DNA of 63,618 nt, counting the filler, from Octopus bimaculoides (Eukaryota), in NCBI RefSeq assembly GCF_001194135.2. It is 4 parts of 4 records of this genome, joined end to end, with 100 filler letters (N's around TTAATTAATTAA, not from the genome) between each part and the next. Parts side by side here need not be neighbours in the genome. Positions count along the whole stretch, not along the records: positions 37,343 to 53,019 come from NC_068992.1; 3 more parts are not named here. The stretch is one strand, 5' to 3'. The position numbers and the translations under genes are program-made. The notes beneath the pieces are model-generated. The model did not search any database and was not told where the DNA came from. It saw only the letters and a program-made list of their open reading frames with translations. Positions 38,000-51,063 of the stretch are shown piece after piece (within the stretch, counting starts at the first letter, position 1; each line of letters starts with the position of its first letter).

Positions 38000-38565
38000 A
38001 ATTTTAAATTTTAATTACATATATATCCATATCTATAACAAATTTCTCTATGTATGCACATTGCCCTCTCTCTGCGGTCTCTCGGTGATACATCAATAAT
38101 AATTATAACTAACACACATCCCTGGGCAGTGTTAGTTTGAAAAAGTAAGTACTGTAAAAACGGAGATTTGGACCCATAACAGAGCAACGCAAATGAGAAA
38201 GACCGGTGGACAGATAACCATAAATAGTATGAAATATTTGATTTATAATATGTAGAAGCTGCTATGCAACACTCCCTCAAAACATACAGGAAAAACCCAT
38301 ACCGTAAATACCCAACAAAAAGAACGATACCCACAACATGCGCTATAGAAATCCGATACCTAACACAAGAACACAAACTGTGCTGCACAACCAACACAAT
38401 GAAAAAAACTAATATAAGAGAAAACTCAAACCAAACCTCATAGCAAAACATGCTGATACAATACAATATCGCCCTGGAAAACAAAATGCAACAAAACACC
38501 ACCCCAGAAGCACAAATGTACAACAACTGATGCAATAGAAAGCTGCTTGAAACCATCAGATGTCG
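38000..38565 (+). mobile_element. Probable decayed PLE 3' end (GIY-YIG region plus pseudo-LTR with decayed hammerhead)
   Basis: Fragmented reading ending ...YKRKLKPNL, followed by CTGATG...GAAAC...GTC at 38527-38564. Confidence 0.35.
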
Positions 38566-38799
38566 AAAAATAACAGTGGTGATAATGTTGATGAGGAACG
38601 TTACGACACTTCAATTTATGACAAACTTATCTCAGTTTCCGAAGTAACTCTACTTGTAACAGCAAAAATGAAGCAGGGCCATATTTGGGAAGGCCGCTCG
38701 TTCGGCAGTGATTCAGTAAATCTGCAGAATTACCACAGCTATTATCCTAATATAGTATCAACAGATCATAGAGTAAGGAGGAGGTAGTGGATCAGCGAA

Positions 38800-40200
38800 G
38801 ACAACAGGATAGTGATGCAGTGTTGCTTAGAAAGTGAAAATAAAATCAGGGGCTATAGAAAATGGACGTTAAAACTGCGGGTAGAGAAGGGTATGTTTAA
38901 AGTGACTGAGCAGAGATTAGAAGATCAAGCTAAGCCTATTAGGAAAAGGTGAATGACAGAAGAGATCACAAGAGAACTGGAAAAGAAAGGCCAGACAGTA
39001 GGAAAAACAAACAACTACATAAGAGATATAGCTCAAACCAAAGAAGAATCTAAAGGGAAAAATAATAATAGAGCTATCAATAAGGAAGGGGCAACTGATA
39101 CACGTGACTTAAGTGACTTAATTGAGGAAGATCAGAAGGTTCCAGATGAGTTGCAGGAAGTAATGAGTAAAGAAGTTAGAAAAAAACGTTTGCCAGCATT
39201 AAAATATATCAACATAAGGAAGCTGCTAGCAATGACCAGGAAAGTAAATTCTGTTATTAGTAGGATAGATGCTAAAAATATAGGAGACACTTACATATTG
39301 ATCTATGCAGAAGGGATAGTAATCACTATAAAATCAGATATCTTACAGGGAAATATTAAAAAAAGAGCAAATGTGGAAAAGGTGACTACAGAATAAAGTG
39401 AAAATTTAAGAAAAGATCTGAGTAAAATAGAAGACTGGAAATCAAACAGGTTAGGAAACACAAGATGCGATTCTTCCCTTGAGAAAAGATACTTAGTAGA
39501 AAAGAAAGGATAAACGACAGTAATAGAAGAGGTGAACAGAGTATCATAGCAGTAGCCGGCAGGCTCTCTAGATATCAGAAGCAGATTGATCAGTACCAAA
39601 AGAAAGGATTATTTGAGATAGAACAGAGAAGACTTAATAATCGAAGAAATAATGGAGAACGAAGTACAGAAGTTGAGAAACCTAATGCAGAATATACTAG
39701 AAAGTTCTGGAGTAATATTTGAGATAAGCCAGTCAATCATAACGGAGATGTGTTATGGTGAAAAAAAATGAAGGAAGAATTGGTGAGTGAGAAGCAGCCA
39801 GAAATAAGATTAACCAAAGCATTAATGAGTAAATTGTTAGGTAAACGCCGAATTGGAAGGGCCCGCAGGCTGGGAGAACAACTTCAGGAATGTCTTAGTG
39901 GAGGAATGATACCAGATTGGGAGTACAATACTCGTTATGAAAGATTAAAGCAACCGTAATACAGCTAGTAAATGCAGACCAATATGTTGCTTAATATTAG
40001 TATAGAAAATGTTAACAAGAATGCCTTCAGAAAGCATTTATGAGCACCTTCACAAGCAGTAGTCACTGCCAAAAGAACAAGGCGTTTTCAGAGAGAAGAT
40101 TACAGGAAACATGACAAAACAGTTCAAAGTGAAGTAAAAACAGGAAAGAAAAATCTAACAGTAGAATGAGCAGTTCTCTTACACAACAATAAGAATAATA

Positions 40201-40232
<32 letters not shown>

Positions 40233-41774
40233 AATCACAGGCCAAGAGATCACAAACACATTGATCTGTAGCAGCAACTGGAGTACTCCAGTGAGAGACA
40301 AGGTCTCCAGCTTCTAGCCCAAACACCTCACCAGTACCCATGCTCATGTATTGGCAACATTTAATTTATTAATAAGGAAGCCAGATTCAACACCAAACTG
40401 GATGCAGGAAGAACAAATCACCTTTATTACCTCTAACAAAGACTGTACAACCACGAAACTATAAGCTGATAACATGCGTACAAAACCCTCATGTCAGTCA
40501 TCTGTAACCGGCTTATAGATGTAAGGAGTAACTATAGAGGATAGTAAGAGGCGAAAAACAGACCTGAGCCCGACTTGGATTGATTACCAGAAAGCATTCG
40601 ACCATGTTCAGCATTCATTGATACTGGAATCTATCTAGACAAAGTAACTCCAATACTACTAGAATATATCAGAATGCAATGGCATCACAGGTCATTGAAA
40701 CTTACTCTCTACCCATAAAAATGGGGAATTTTCCAGAGAGGCCCATTGCCACTCCTGCTTTTCTGCCTTTTTCTGACCCTGCTAACAAATGTGTTAAATG
40801 AAACCACCATGGGTTATGTATGCTATGGACAATGAAACAATAAGCCATCTCATGTACATAGATAATTTTAAGATTTTCACTAAAATTACCATGGAACCAT
40901 CTTCTGAAAATTGTCCATAGTTTCAGCAAGGGCAAAGGAAAAGCATGGTACTGGAGAAATGTACCAAAGCGACATTAGGAAGATGCAAATTAAGTAGCAT
41001 TGAAGACACTGTGCTCGACATAGATACCGAAATCAGAAAAATTTAGCAACAAAATATACTAAAGAGGAAATGCCCAGAAAAATCACTCCGTGTCACAGTA
41101 CCCTGTAAGGTTTGACAGAGAAGAAGTGAGCCTAACTAAAAAATGAACAATGACTCAAAGGCTCTGTACTAAAAGCTGAAACGGAAGGACTGATTCTTGC
41201 TATACAAGACCAATGCCTGATTACGAACAACTATCAAAGCAAAATAATGAACAAGGGACCTGACACTAAATGTATAATGTGCAACCAATACAATAAGATG
41301 GTTCACCACATCATCTCTGGCTGTCCACTCCCTGCTAAATATATACAAACACGGCCGAGTATGTAGTTATATTCACTGGACAATATGCCAACAAAACAAC
41401 ATAAAAACTGACAATAAATGTTATAAATATGTACCAAATTGTAATAGACAATGTGTAAGGCAATATGGCGAAAACAATACCAGTAATAAAATGGAGCATT
41501 GAACATGACAACAAAAAAGCATATGAAGAAAAACGTAAATGCTATACCTGCGTCCTTAACACTACGAACAGAACACACAATACAAATACTAACAAAAGAA
41601 AAGACTGCACCACACTCCATTGAAATATTTAAAAAATGGAACTGACTGAATATTATACCGACAAGAGTTTGTATACTTTCAAAAACAGAAAAGAACACAC
41701 AATGCTGCACACACTCAGCAACACGGAGTTGTAGAAGGTGATGCAGTTGAAATTTGACTGATACTACGAAATAT

Positions 41775-41846
<72 letters not shown>
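38800..41846 (+). mobile_element. Decayed near full-length R4/Dong-clade LINE
   Basis: KGMFKVTEQRLEDQAKPIRK; RKKRLPALKY; WIDYQKAFDHV; SHLMYIDN (YMDD); LKAETEGLILAIQDQCL..CIMC...HHIISGCP (CCHC). Ends in (AAT)n at 41776-41846. Many stops. Confidence 0.75.
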
Positions 41847-41854
41847 TTTTCTAC

Positions 41855-41985
41855 TGGAAGCACAAGGACTCAAATTTGGGGGAGGGGATTAAGTCAATTA
41901 CATCGACCTCAGTACGTAACTGGTATTAATTTTATCGACCCCGAAAAGATGAAAGGCAAAATCGATCCTGGCGGCATTTGAACTG
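41855..41985 (-). mobile_element. SINE family A copy
   Basis: TTTTATCGACCCCGAAAAGATGAAAGGCAAAATCGA...ATTTGAACT. Confidence 0.7.
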
Positions 41986-41999
41986 ATATAATAATGATG

Positions 42000-42066
<67 letters not shown>

Positions 42067-42829
42067 TGATAATAATAATAGCGTACGCATTCAATATATC
42101 ATCAACTAATTTATCAATTAAAATAAAAAGAAATATGTCTCTCGGAGGGGCTGGGAATACTAAAAACATACCGATTCAATAAAAAATGAAGAATTAATAT
42201 CGATACAAAGAGATGTAAGACAAAAGACGCTTCCAGTGAAAATTGCAAATATGAAAACTCAGAGATAACAAAGTAAATAACTCTAGTACATTTTATTCTT
42301 CACTTTGTTTCGGTCATTTGAAGGACCCCAGCTACTTACTGAAATATCGAACAATCAAGTGGCGAAACAAAAGATCATACTTGTTAAGCCCAATCACGTA
42401 ACATTTAGATATTTATAATCTTTATTTCAGCTGAGTACATTAACTAAAATAGAAGCCTAATCGTGATCGCGTGTCAATATAAAAGAAGGAAACGAGACTG
42501 CACAAAAGCAAGATTCTTTCCATCTAAGCGACTGAATTGGTAGCTGTCTTTCTAGACATCTATTGATTCGCATATAAGAGGGTCCTTTCACCAATTTTCA
42601 AAATGAATTGCCTGTTTGTTTGATTTTATTGGTGGGTTGGGATAATGAAATGGGGGACGTTAATGTTATTCTCAAGGACATTAGTGCCATTGTAGGATTT
42701 AAATGGTTTCTGAAATAAATAGAAATTTCATCGGACAAAATATATGTTCAATCAAAAGAAATGGATACACAGAGGTTACGTTTCTCTCCTATACCTCCCT
42801 TTCTCAGAAATATATATTCTTATGTCTCT

Positions 42830-43098
42830 TTTTCTCTCTCTCTCCCTTTCTCTCCAGCTCTCTCTCTCTCTCTCTCTCCCCGTGTGTCTAATTACACACA
42901 AACACACACATTCACGCACGCACTTGCACGTACACACGCACACACACACACATATGCACACATACATCTATACATATATACATACTCATTCACCCGTACA
43001 CACACTTTCATACCCACGCAACCACACATATCTGCACGGCACACTCATACAGGGACACAGAAACACATAGAAACATATGTATATGAATATATGAATTC

Positions 43099-43192
<94 letters not shown>

Positions 43193-43310
43193 GAATACTT
43201 GCATATGTGCGTATGCATTAGTATATGTATATATGAAAGTATAGTATATGTATATATCAAAGTGCGCTCGCTCGCACACACACACGCACACATACACGCA
43301 CAAACGTATT
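42830..43310. repeat. Compound (CT)/(CA)/(TATG)/(TA) microsatellite cluster
   Basis: Directly visible. Confidence 0.9.
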
Positions 43311-43779
43311 CAACATTTATACATGATGTCCATGTAAGTTCCGGAGGCATAAACTCTTATTAACATTTTCATATAACTAAATGTTCACCCTAGCATGTTC
43401 CCATTAATTCGAAGTTGTTGAATACCGTAATAACTAAATATATTAAAGCAAAATAATAAAATAACATGTTCGAGTGTGGACTGAAAAGATTATTGGCTAA
43501 GTCTGAATGCGTAAGACTAATGCTGTAAAAACTAGCATGCATTAAATTTCATCCCTTCTTATTAATAATTGCATTGATTCCATGTAAAATGACATGACAT
43601 ATAATAGTTGACAAATTTTAACGCTAACTACTAGCAACGTTTCTTGAAATTGGACAGCAATTGCTCGTATTCACCACATACTGTTGGATGAGAGGCGATT
43701 AGCATTAAATCAAACAGATAGTGCTATTAGCATATGCCATGAGAAAACAGAGAATATATATTTTTCCCCAGTGAACTTT

Positions 43780-44420
43780 GCATGACGAAGGCTTCTATTT
43801 GGTGGGAGCAACGTCTCCTGACAATTAAACGCACACCATGCTGCTCAAAACACAGGAAAATCTGACATTGTTTGAGGCAGTGCTACCTGTTTTCAATCAA
43901 CATTCCCTCAGCCAGGATGCGTGTAGGGTGTATCACTCTGATCTAACGACAAGGAGACAATCCATGCCGTGGAAACACTCGTCCTCATCTACTGCAAAGT
44001 AATTTCAATTGCCGGGAAAGCGATGGCTTCATGTTTTGGGGATACAAAAAGTATTGTGCATTTTGACTATTATCAAAAAGGAGCGGAAGGTTATCAAGAT
44101 CGCACTCTCTGCAAATCTAACGAAACTGGTGTCGTTTAAATGCTTCTTGTGCGTGAGTGTGGATTGGAACAGGTTGATCGCCCTCCCTATTCTCTTCATT
44201 TAGCTCCACTTGCTTATCATTTGTTCCTTAACAAGAGGAAAAAGGCACTTGGCTGGGAACCAGTATCGAATAGGTGATGACGTCATATCTACTGTTGATG
44301 ACTTTTTTACCAACAGGAGGTTAGTTTCACCAATCCAGCACCGAAGGAAGAAATGTGTGTACCCCAAGGTGGGCTATCTTGAAAAAGGAACCTCACTCGG
44401 TTATGTTCCACGAGAGCTTT
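43780..44420 (+). mobile_element. Decayed mariner transposase (C-terminal half)
   Basis: AGKAMASCFGDTKSIVHFDYYQKG (SAGKVMATVFWD), PPYSLHLAPLAYHLF (HPPYSPDLAP), HLAGNQYRIGDDVISTVDDFF. Confidence 0.75.
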
Positions 44421-44989
44421 TTTGTTAGCCGATAAGCGGAAAATTTTGAACTGGTGAATAACGTGATCACGGTACATAGGTACCATATGGATAAACAGGA
44501 AGATTGTTTTGGATAAAACCAAGCGTTATAGCCAATTTACAAGTCCAACTCTTCGTCATAGTTCGTGTGGTGATGGCAACAGTCTGGGATTACCTCATTA
44601 ATTTGTACCGTCCAAAGAAAGAGACATTTCCCTGCTCCGGCCTTGAACAGGAAGATCGCCCCCAGCAATCTGGCAGGATCACCCAAAGCGGCGGGCAGGT
44701 TGATGTTGAACCCAAACTGGCAAACGGGGTTCTGGCCTGCATGGGGAGCAGTATAGCAGGTGTGAAACCTTAGCGGAGGAACTGTCAACCCAGTCAACGG
44801 TAAGGTGCACAAAATTCTGGACAGAGAAATCCGAAACTGATCAATGGCCAGGGTCAACCATTTCATTCATAGAAATTCTGCTATGATCAATAGACGTGGC
44901 TCACACTCATGATTATACTGAGCTATCGAAAGACTAGTCCTGACTATAGATCATTTCATAAACTCATACCGCATCGATCGTCGCAAAGA

Positions 44990-47742
44990 TTACCAAGGAT
45001 CGTGACCATAGGCACCGGTTCTGGGATCTGTGTTTGACAAGTCAGCTACGGAACCAAAATCGAAATTTGTCAGATGCAAGCATCCTGTTACAGTATTGCA
45101 TTTTAGCATAAGAACTTTGAAATCTATGTCTCAAATATCAGAACATGCTGCATTGGCTATCAGCTTTCATATTGACATCTTGAGCGTACAGGAACACCGT
45201 CTCTTCTATGATGATCACGATTTAAAGCACCATGAGCTCGATAACAATTGGACTTTGGTGTCTGTATCTACATGGAACAATTCTATCAATGGCACCTTCG
45301 GCGTTGTAGGATTATTACTCAGCCGCATGCTCTGAAATCACTAAACAATATTGAGAAGATAACATCTAGAATAATAGTTGCCAATTTCAACGGAAACCCT
45401 TCAACTACTGTCATCTGCTGCTACAGCCTAAAAGATGTCTGTGATGAACAAGAGGTCATAAAGTTTTACAATGATTTATCGCTTGTTGTACGATCTATAC
45501 CAAAACACAGAATCCTCAACATTGGCGGAGATATGAATGCACAATTAAGCTATGACAATCCCCATCATATGTACTCATTCCATCAAACTTCAAACAGAAG
45601 TGGAGAACACTTTGCGCACTTCTTGGTAGAAAACAACCTACAATGCCTGAACACTTACTTTTGGAAGAGACCGGAAATAAAGTGAACTCATACTTCCCCA
45701 AACGGATTCAAAGCTCAGCTAGACCGTCTTATGAACAATAAGTGGATTAACAGCTGCCACAAATCTGAAGCATAAAACACTTGCTTTGGTGTATCATCTG
45801 ACCATCGAGTGGACACATCTAAACTTCAGGTAAACTTCTGAGCAAACCAAATAAAAAGAACCTTAAGACCGACGTACAACTGGGCTATTCTGACGTACAG
45901 TGAGTAAGTCTAAAATTACTTCACGATCAATCTCAGGAATCGCTACGATGCATTAAAAGATGCAAACAAAGATCACAAACCAAACACAACATATCTCAAC
46001 TTTGTCCAAGCTCATTCTGGGGCTGCTGAAAAATGCCTCCCTTTAAGACCGAAAGTGAAACGAAGAGCCCCCTAGGAAAGCGACACAGTGCTCGCAAAAA
46101 GAACTAACATAAAGGAAATAACCAAACAGCTCAACAAGAATCATACGGGAAGAAATTTAAATAGAAAAACGAAACTGAAAGAAATTAATGTATTATATCA
46201 GACGGAAAAGCCAAATCGATAAAATCAAAATCGCAGAGGACAGCAAACAGTCGTCCTTGGTGTGGTAGACATTAAATGAATTGAGTGGTTGGAAGAAATC
46301 CTCCAAAGCGAAGTTGAAAGCCTATAGCTCACAGGAGACACTGAGTAATTGGAAAAAACATTTTCAAAAGCTTCTTGGGAAAACACCGAATACATCAAAC
46401 CAGCGGATCCATCGTATTCTTGAGGAGGTCCTGTATAATAAACAGGGGCCCTTCTCGATAAAAGAGCTTGGAGTCGTACTGAGGAAGACTAAAAACCGAA
46501 AGGCTGCAAGATTGGATGACATCCCTCCTGAAGTCAATCGAATCCAGCCTGAAATTGAAAGAGTTCTTAGGCAAAATCAAAATGGATTCAAGAAAACCCG
46601 CTCTACATGTGGTCAAATTCTCACAGTTAGGAGGATGTTGGATGGAGTATGAGCCAAACACCTTAATGCAGTTCTATTCTTTGTTGATTTCTCCAAGATC
46701 TTTGTCTTTGTACACAGACACAGATAAGATGGCAAAAATCCTTAGGGCATATGGAATCCCTAATGGAACAATAAATGCAGTAATGATGCTGTATAAATTC
46801 ACTCGAACGGTGACCAGATGGAGATACTGATTTCTTCCATGTTCGTGCAGGAGTACTGTAGGGTGACAATCTAGCTTCTTGCTTGTTCATCCTGTGTCTC
46901 GATTATGTGTTGTGTACCTCAATAAATCAACACAATGATCTGGGTTTCACTTTACAGAAGTCTAGACGCAGAAGATATCTGGTCACCTATTTGACTTGCG
47001 CTGATTATGCTGATAACCTAACGCTCGTTGCAGATAACACCAACGATGCTGAACGGTTACTCCATCTCCAGGAAAATGCTGTCGCTAACATAGGACTGTA
47101 TGTGAATGAAAAGAAGACGGAGTTTGTCACCCTGAATACAACAGGTGAAGTCAGGACCCTCAAACAGAAGCCCTTGAAAAATGTCAATAGGCAGCAATAT
47201 CGTGTCCACTGAAAAACATTAAATCTGGCGTTGCTAAGGCTTGGACAGCTATAGACTCTCTTAGAACAATATGGAAGTCAAACCTACTAAATGAATTGAA
47301 GAGACAGTTTCTTCAGAGCAGTTGTTGATCCTGGGCTTGTATATGGATCTCTGACTTGGACTCTCACGAAGAGACTATGGGTGCATGCTGGACGATACCT
47401 ACACTAGACTGTTACGTGTAGTGCTCAACATCTCTTGGAGGGAGCAGCGAAAAAAAACAACGGTTATATAGGAATGTAGAAACTTTCTCATCAGCCTTCC
47501 TAGAACGGTGATTGAGGTTTGCTGGCCACTGCTGGAGAAGTAAAGAAATAGTGAGTAATGTGTTGCTGTGGACACTAAATCATGGTACCTCAGCGACCGG
47601 TAGACCACGGAAAACGTATGTACAACAGCTTGCAGGAGATTTTGGACGCCAACCTGAAGACTTAAAGACATTAATGGAAGATCAGGAGGGATGGGGAGAG
47701 GTAATCACGCTGGCTGGGCAATCAACTTGACTGGATGATGTC
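44990..47742 (+). mobile_element. Near full-length decayed RTE-clade LINE (APE endonuclease plus RT)
   Basis: APE: SIRTL...DILSVQEHR, SRIIVANFNGNPSTTVICCYS, GGDMNAQ, SDHR. RT: KAARLDDIPPEV, NQNGFKKTRST, FILCLDYVL, ADYADNLTLV. C-terminus RFAGHCWR...GRPRKTY. The 5' UTR may extend to about 44430. Confidence 0.85.
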
Positions 47743-48059
47743 TCGATAAAAGAAAATAAAAAGATATTCTTCGATCAATGAGAAGATGACAATGAATCCG
47801 TGAAGTACTTTCGTTGTAAGGAAATGCCATATTTTTCCTTAGGAATTATTTAGGCCGAAAAAATACGAGATGAAATACTAAGGCGATGCGTGACTGTCTG
47901 GTAAGAAGATAGCGTCCCAATCACAAAGTTGTGAACTTGGTCCCACTGAATTTCTCCTTAAGTACTATAGCACTGAGATATCTGAAGCCTTGTGAGTATA
48001 TTTTGTAGAAATAAATTGAAGCATGCTCGTCGTCTATGAGTGTGTGTGTGTGTGCGTGC

Positions 48060-48290
48060 GCGCGCGCACACGAGTACTTGTGTCTGTATTTCTTCTGCAC
48101 CACCGCTTGACACCCGTTGTTGATGTGCTTACGTCACCTCAACTGAGCGATTGGGCAACATACAATAAAATGAATGGCGTACTTAAAAAAAAAAGATGTT
48201 TAAATGAAATATAGTGGATTCGTTTGGCTAAATCTCTACAAGGCGGTGCCCCAGTATGGCCACATTCTAATGACTGAAACTATCAAATGA
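48060..48290 (+). mobile_element. SINE family B body
   Basis: CGCTTGACACCCGTTGTTGATGTG...GGCGGTGCCCCAGTATGGCCAC. Confidence 0.65.
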
Positions 48291-48449
48291 CAACCGACGC
48301 AAGAATCTTCGAGAATTTGCTTTGTCTATCTTCGATATTTTGTGGCTAGGACTTCGTGGAGAAATGGGTTTGAGAATAATCCAATATCGTTCCGCAGATA
48401 TGTGGGAGAACATGGTCAACTGAGATTTGTGATATTATAATAGAACGTT

Positions 48450-48625
48450 TAAAGGCGGTGAGCTGGCGGAATCATTAGCTCATCGGACAAGATTCTTGAT
48501 AGCATTTCGTCTGTCTTTTGATTTGAGTTCAAATTCCACTGAGATTGATTTAGTGGTCCATTCTGTCGTAGTCGATAAAATAAGAACCAGTTGAAAAACT
48601 GAAAGCCTAGTGCCAATAATCGAAG
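48450..48625 (+). mobile_element. SINE family A copy
   Basis: GGCGGTGAGCTGGCGGAATC...GAGTTCAAATTCC. Confidence 0.7.
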
Positions 48626-49123
48626 AAGGATTTATATTAGCCATTCCATTTTGTGTAACTCTTGCGCACCAGAACTGCAGGAAGCAGGTAGTAAATGCAT
48701 AGACGCAGAAATTTTAATTAAATAATTTTAACTTATATTTTATGGCTATGCATTTCGATAGAAGAGACTAAGTTCAATACTCTTCAATTACAACAATAAA
48801 ATATTTGCATAGAATTTGATTGCGAGCAATAAATTCAAGTCTTCATTGAGAATGAATTCTATCAGTCTTATAATTTTCTGCTAACATAAATCATTAAGGT
48901 ATTTCTAGTTTGTAGTTTATACATAGCAGTTCCCCAAAGGCTTGATCAAACTCCTTGATTCTGACATAGCAATTATATAAAATATTTCGTTTCAAGAGTA
49001 CTCACACGTACATACAAACACAGACAGCTACACATAAACACATGCATATACATACACACATACATTTATATATGTCTACATATGTACGTTTGTATGAGAT
49101 GAGCGTACACTCAGGCTCACTCG

Positions 49124-49170
<47 letters not shown>

Positions 49171-49749
49171 ACACACACACGCACACACACAGAAACACGC
49201 ACACACACACACATAGACACACGCACACACACACGCGCAAACACACACAGACACACGCACACAGACACACACTTAAAATGATATACGTATAGACAGTCCC
49301 TTGCATTCTATACTGAAATTGAAAGGATGAAATACATGTTATGTCAAAGAAATAAACTATCAAGAGAACATAAAATGAATACAAACCCATATATTGAAAA
49401 TCCAAGAAGTTAATAGGATCAGTATAAACAAACCAAATACTTGATATGATTTAAGTATACACATATCCAGTCTAATAAAATGCGTTATATGTTTGTGTGG
49501 GTGAATATGTATGTTATGAAAGTTTGTTATATGCATGTGTGTATGTAGGTCAGTTATTATTTATGCGTAAGATATTCTTGTCTAGGTAGGAGAATATACA
49601 AATATTTATAAATTATATTTAAATTTATGGTCTGCTGACTTCTTCAAAGAATTCTGGCTGCTGTGTAGCTCTGTCGGTCATATAAATGATACTTGTCTTA
49701 TATATGTTACAAGGAAAGAGAGGGTGAAATGGAGGAAAACAAGAAAAGG

Positions 49750-49897
49750 AAGATAATGATGATGATGAAGATTCTCATCATTATTATTAGTAGTAATAGT
49801 ATTATTATAATTATTATTGTTGTTGTTGTTGTTGTTGTTGTTGCTGCTGCTGTTGTTGATGCTATCGTCGTCGTTGTTGCTGTAGTTTCTATTCATG

Positions 49898-49958
<61 letters not shown>

Positions 49959-49985
49959 CATTATTGTTATTATTATATAATGAAA
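49750..49985. repeat. (ATT)n/(GTT)n trinucleotide microsatellite
   Basis: Directly visible. Confidence 0.9.
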
Positions 49986-50649
49986 ATCGACGCACCGCTT
50001 TCTATTAGCAGCGAAGGAAGGTAGCACTTTCACTGCATAGTGGCTGTGGCAAAAGGCGCTGTGTGTGGACCCGTCTGAAATGTTTGATGATGTGCACATT
50101 CCTTTTTGGCCAAGCCTTCATCTGCAGAGGAAAGTGGAGGTAGAGAGGGAGGTGCTGTCTTCTAGTGTGTTCATCAAAAAGTGGTTGATAGTGGCATAAC
50201 AGGTGAGACTGAATAAATCGACTCTAAGTATGGTTTTCTCAGCAGGAGGAAAAAAACTGGAAGCGGGTACTTTGCAATGCTTTGGGGATGGCAAAGTAAT
50301 CCACGATTTTTGTTTTTTTTGCATGGGGTATACAGCGGCTTACCCTAAATAGACAGACCCACTATTGGGGATTCTAATTGTGTATTTGTTTATTATTTAT
50401 TTCTATATTTTCTATTATATATCCTCTGTTATATTCCTTATAGAAGTAGTATCTTTTTTGATCGATGTAAATATCACCTGTTCCTGGTTTTTGGTTTTGT
50501 ATATTTTTTGTTTTATCGTTTTGTTTTGCGCTGTAACTCGTCCTTCGATATTGTTCTCCATGTTTTGGCCGCTTGTGACCAAGAAAAGAAATTATCATTG
50601 CTGTCATTATCATCATCATCATCATCATCATCATCATAATCATCATCAT

Positions 50650-50947
50650 TATTATTATTTTATGTTTGACTTTTGCTCTGCATTTGTACAATTGGATCCA
50701 AGTCTCACCCAGAGACCTCAAGAGACAACAATTTAGAAGTTCATGTAGGTGTTATGCCTAGGGTACCATATTTCTAGAGAATGTTTAAGAAACCATAAGA
50801 AAATTACGTGTTTGTTTTAAAATTTGAGATCACATAGACAGTATTTTATGTAGGATATGGGTAGTTCCCATGAGCATTATCTTTTGATCTTCAGCCATGT
50901 TGGGGTTTCCTGGTTTCTGAGCTAGGTAGTGATCAGCCCGTTTCGCT
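50650..50947 (-). mobile_element. 5'-truncated R4/Dong 3' end embedded between (AAT/ATG)n tracts
   Basis: KRADHYLAQKPGNPNMAEDQKIMLMGTTHILHKILSM*. Same family as 37343-37715. Confidence 0.8.
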
Positions 50948-50948
50948 G

Positions 50949-51039
<91 letters not shown>

Positions 51040-51063
51040 CATTATCATCATTATTATTATTAT

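Noticed and set aside
38640-38740. HDV-like ribozyme at the 5' side of the Dong element (GCC-GCTCGTTC-GGC, CAG/CTG, CAGAA)
   Set aside because: P2 and P3 are only approximate, and convincing P1 and P1.1 could not be built.
44430-44990. Expected HDV-like ribozyme in the RTE 5' UTR
   Set aside because: GC-richer sequence with local hairpins, but no nested double pseudoknot found by eye.
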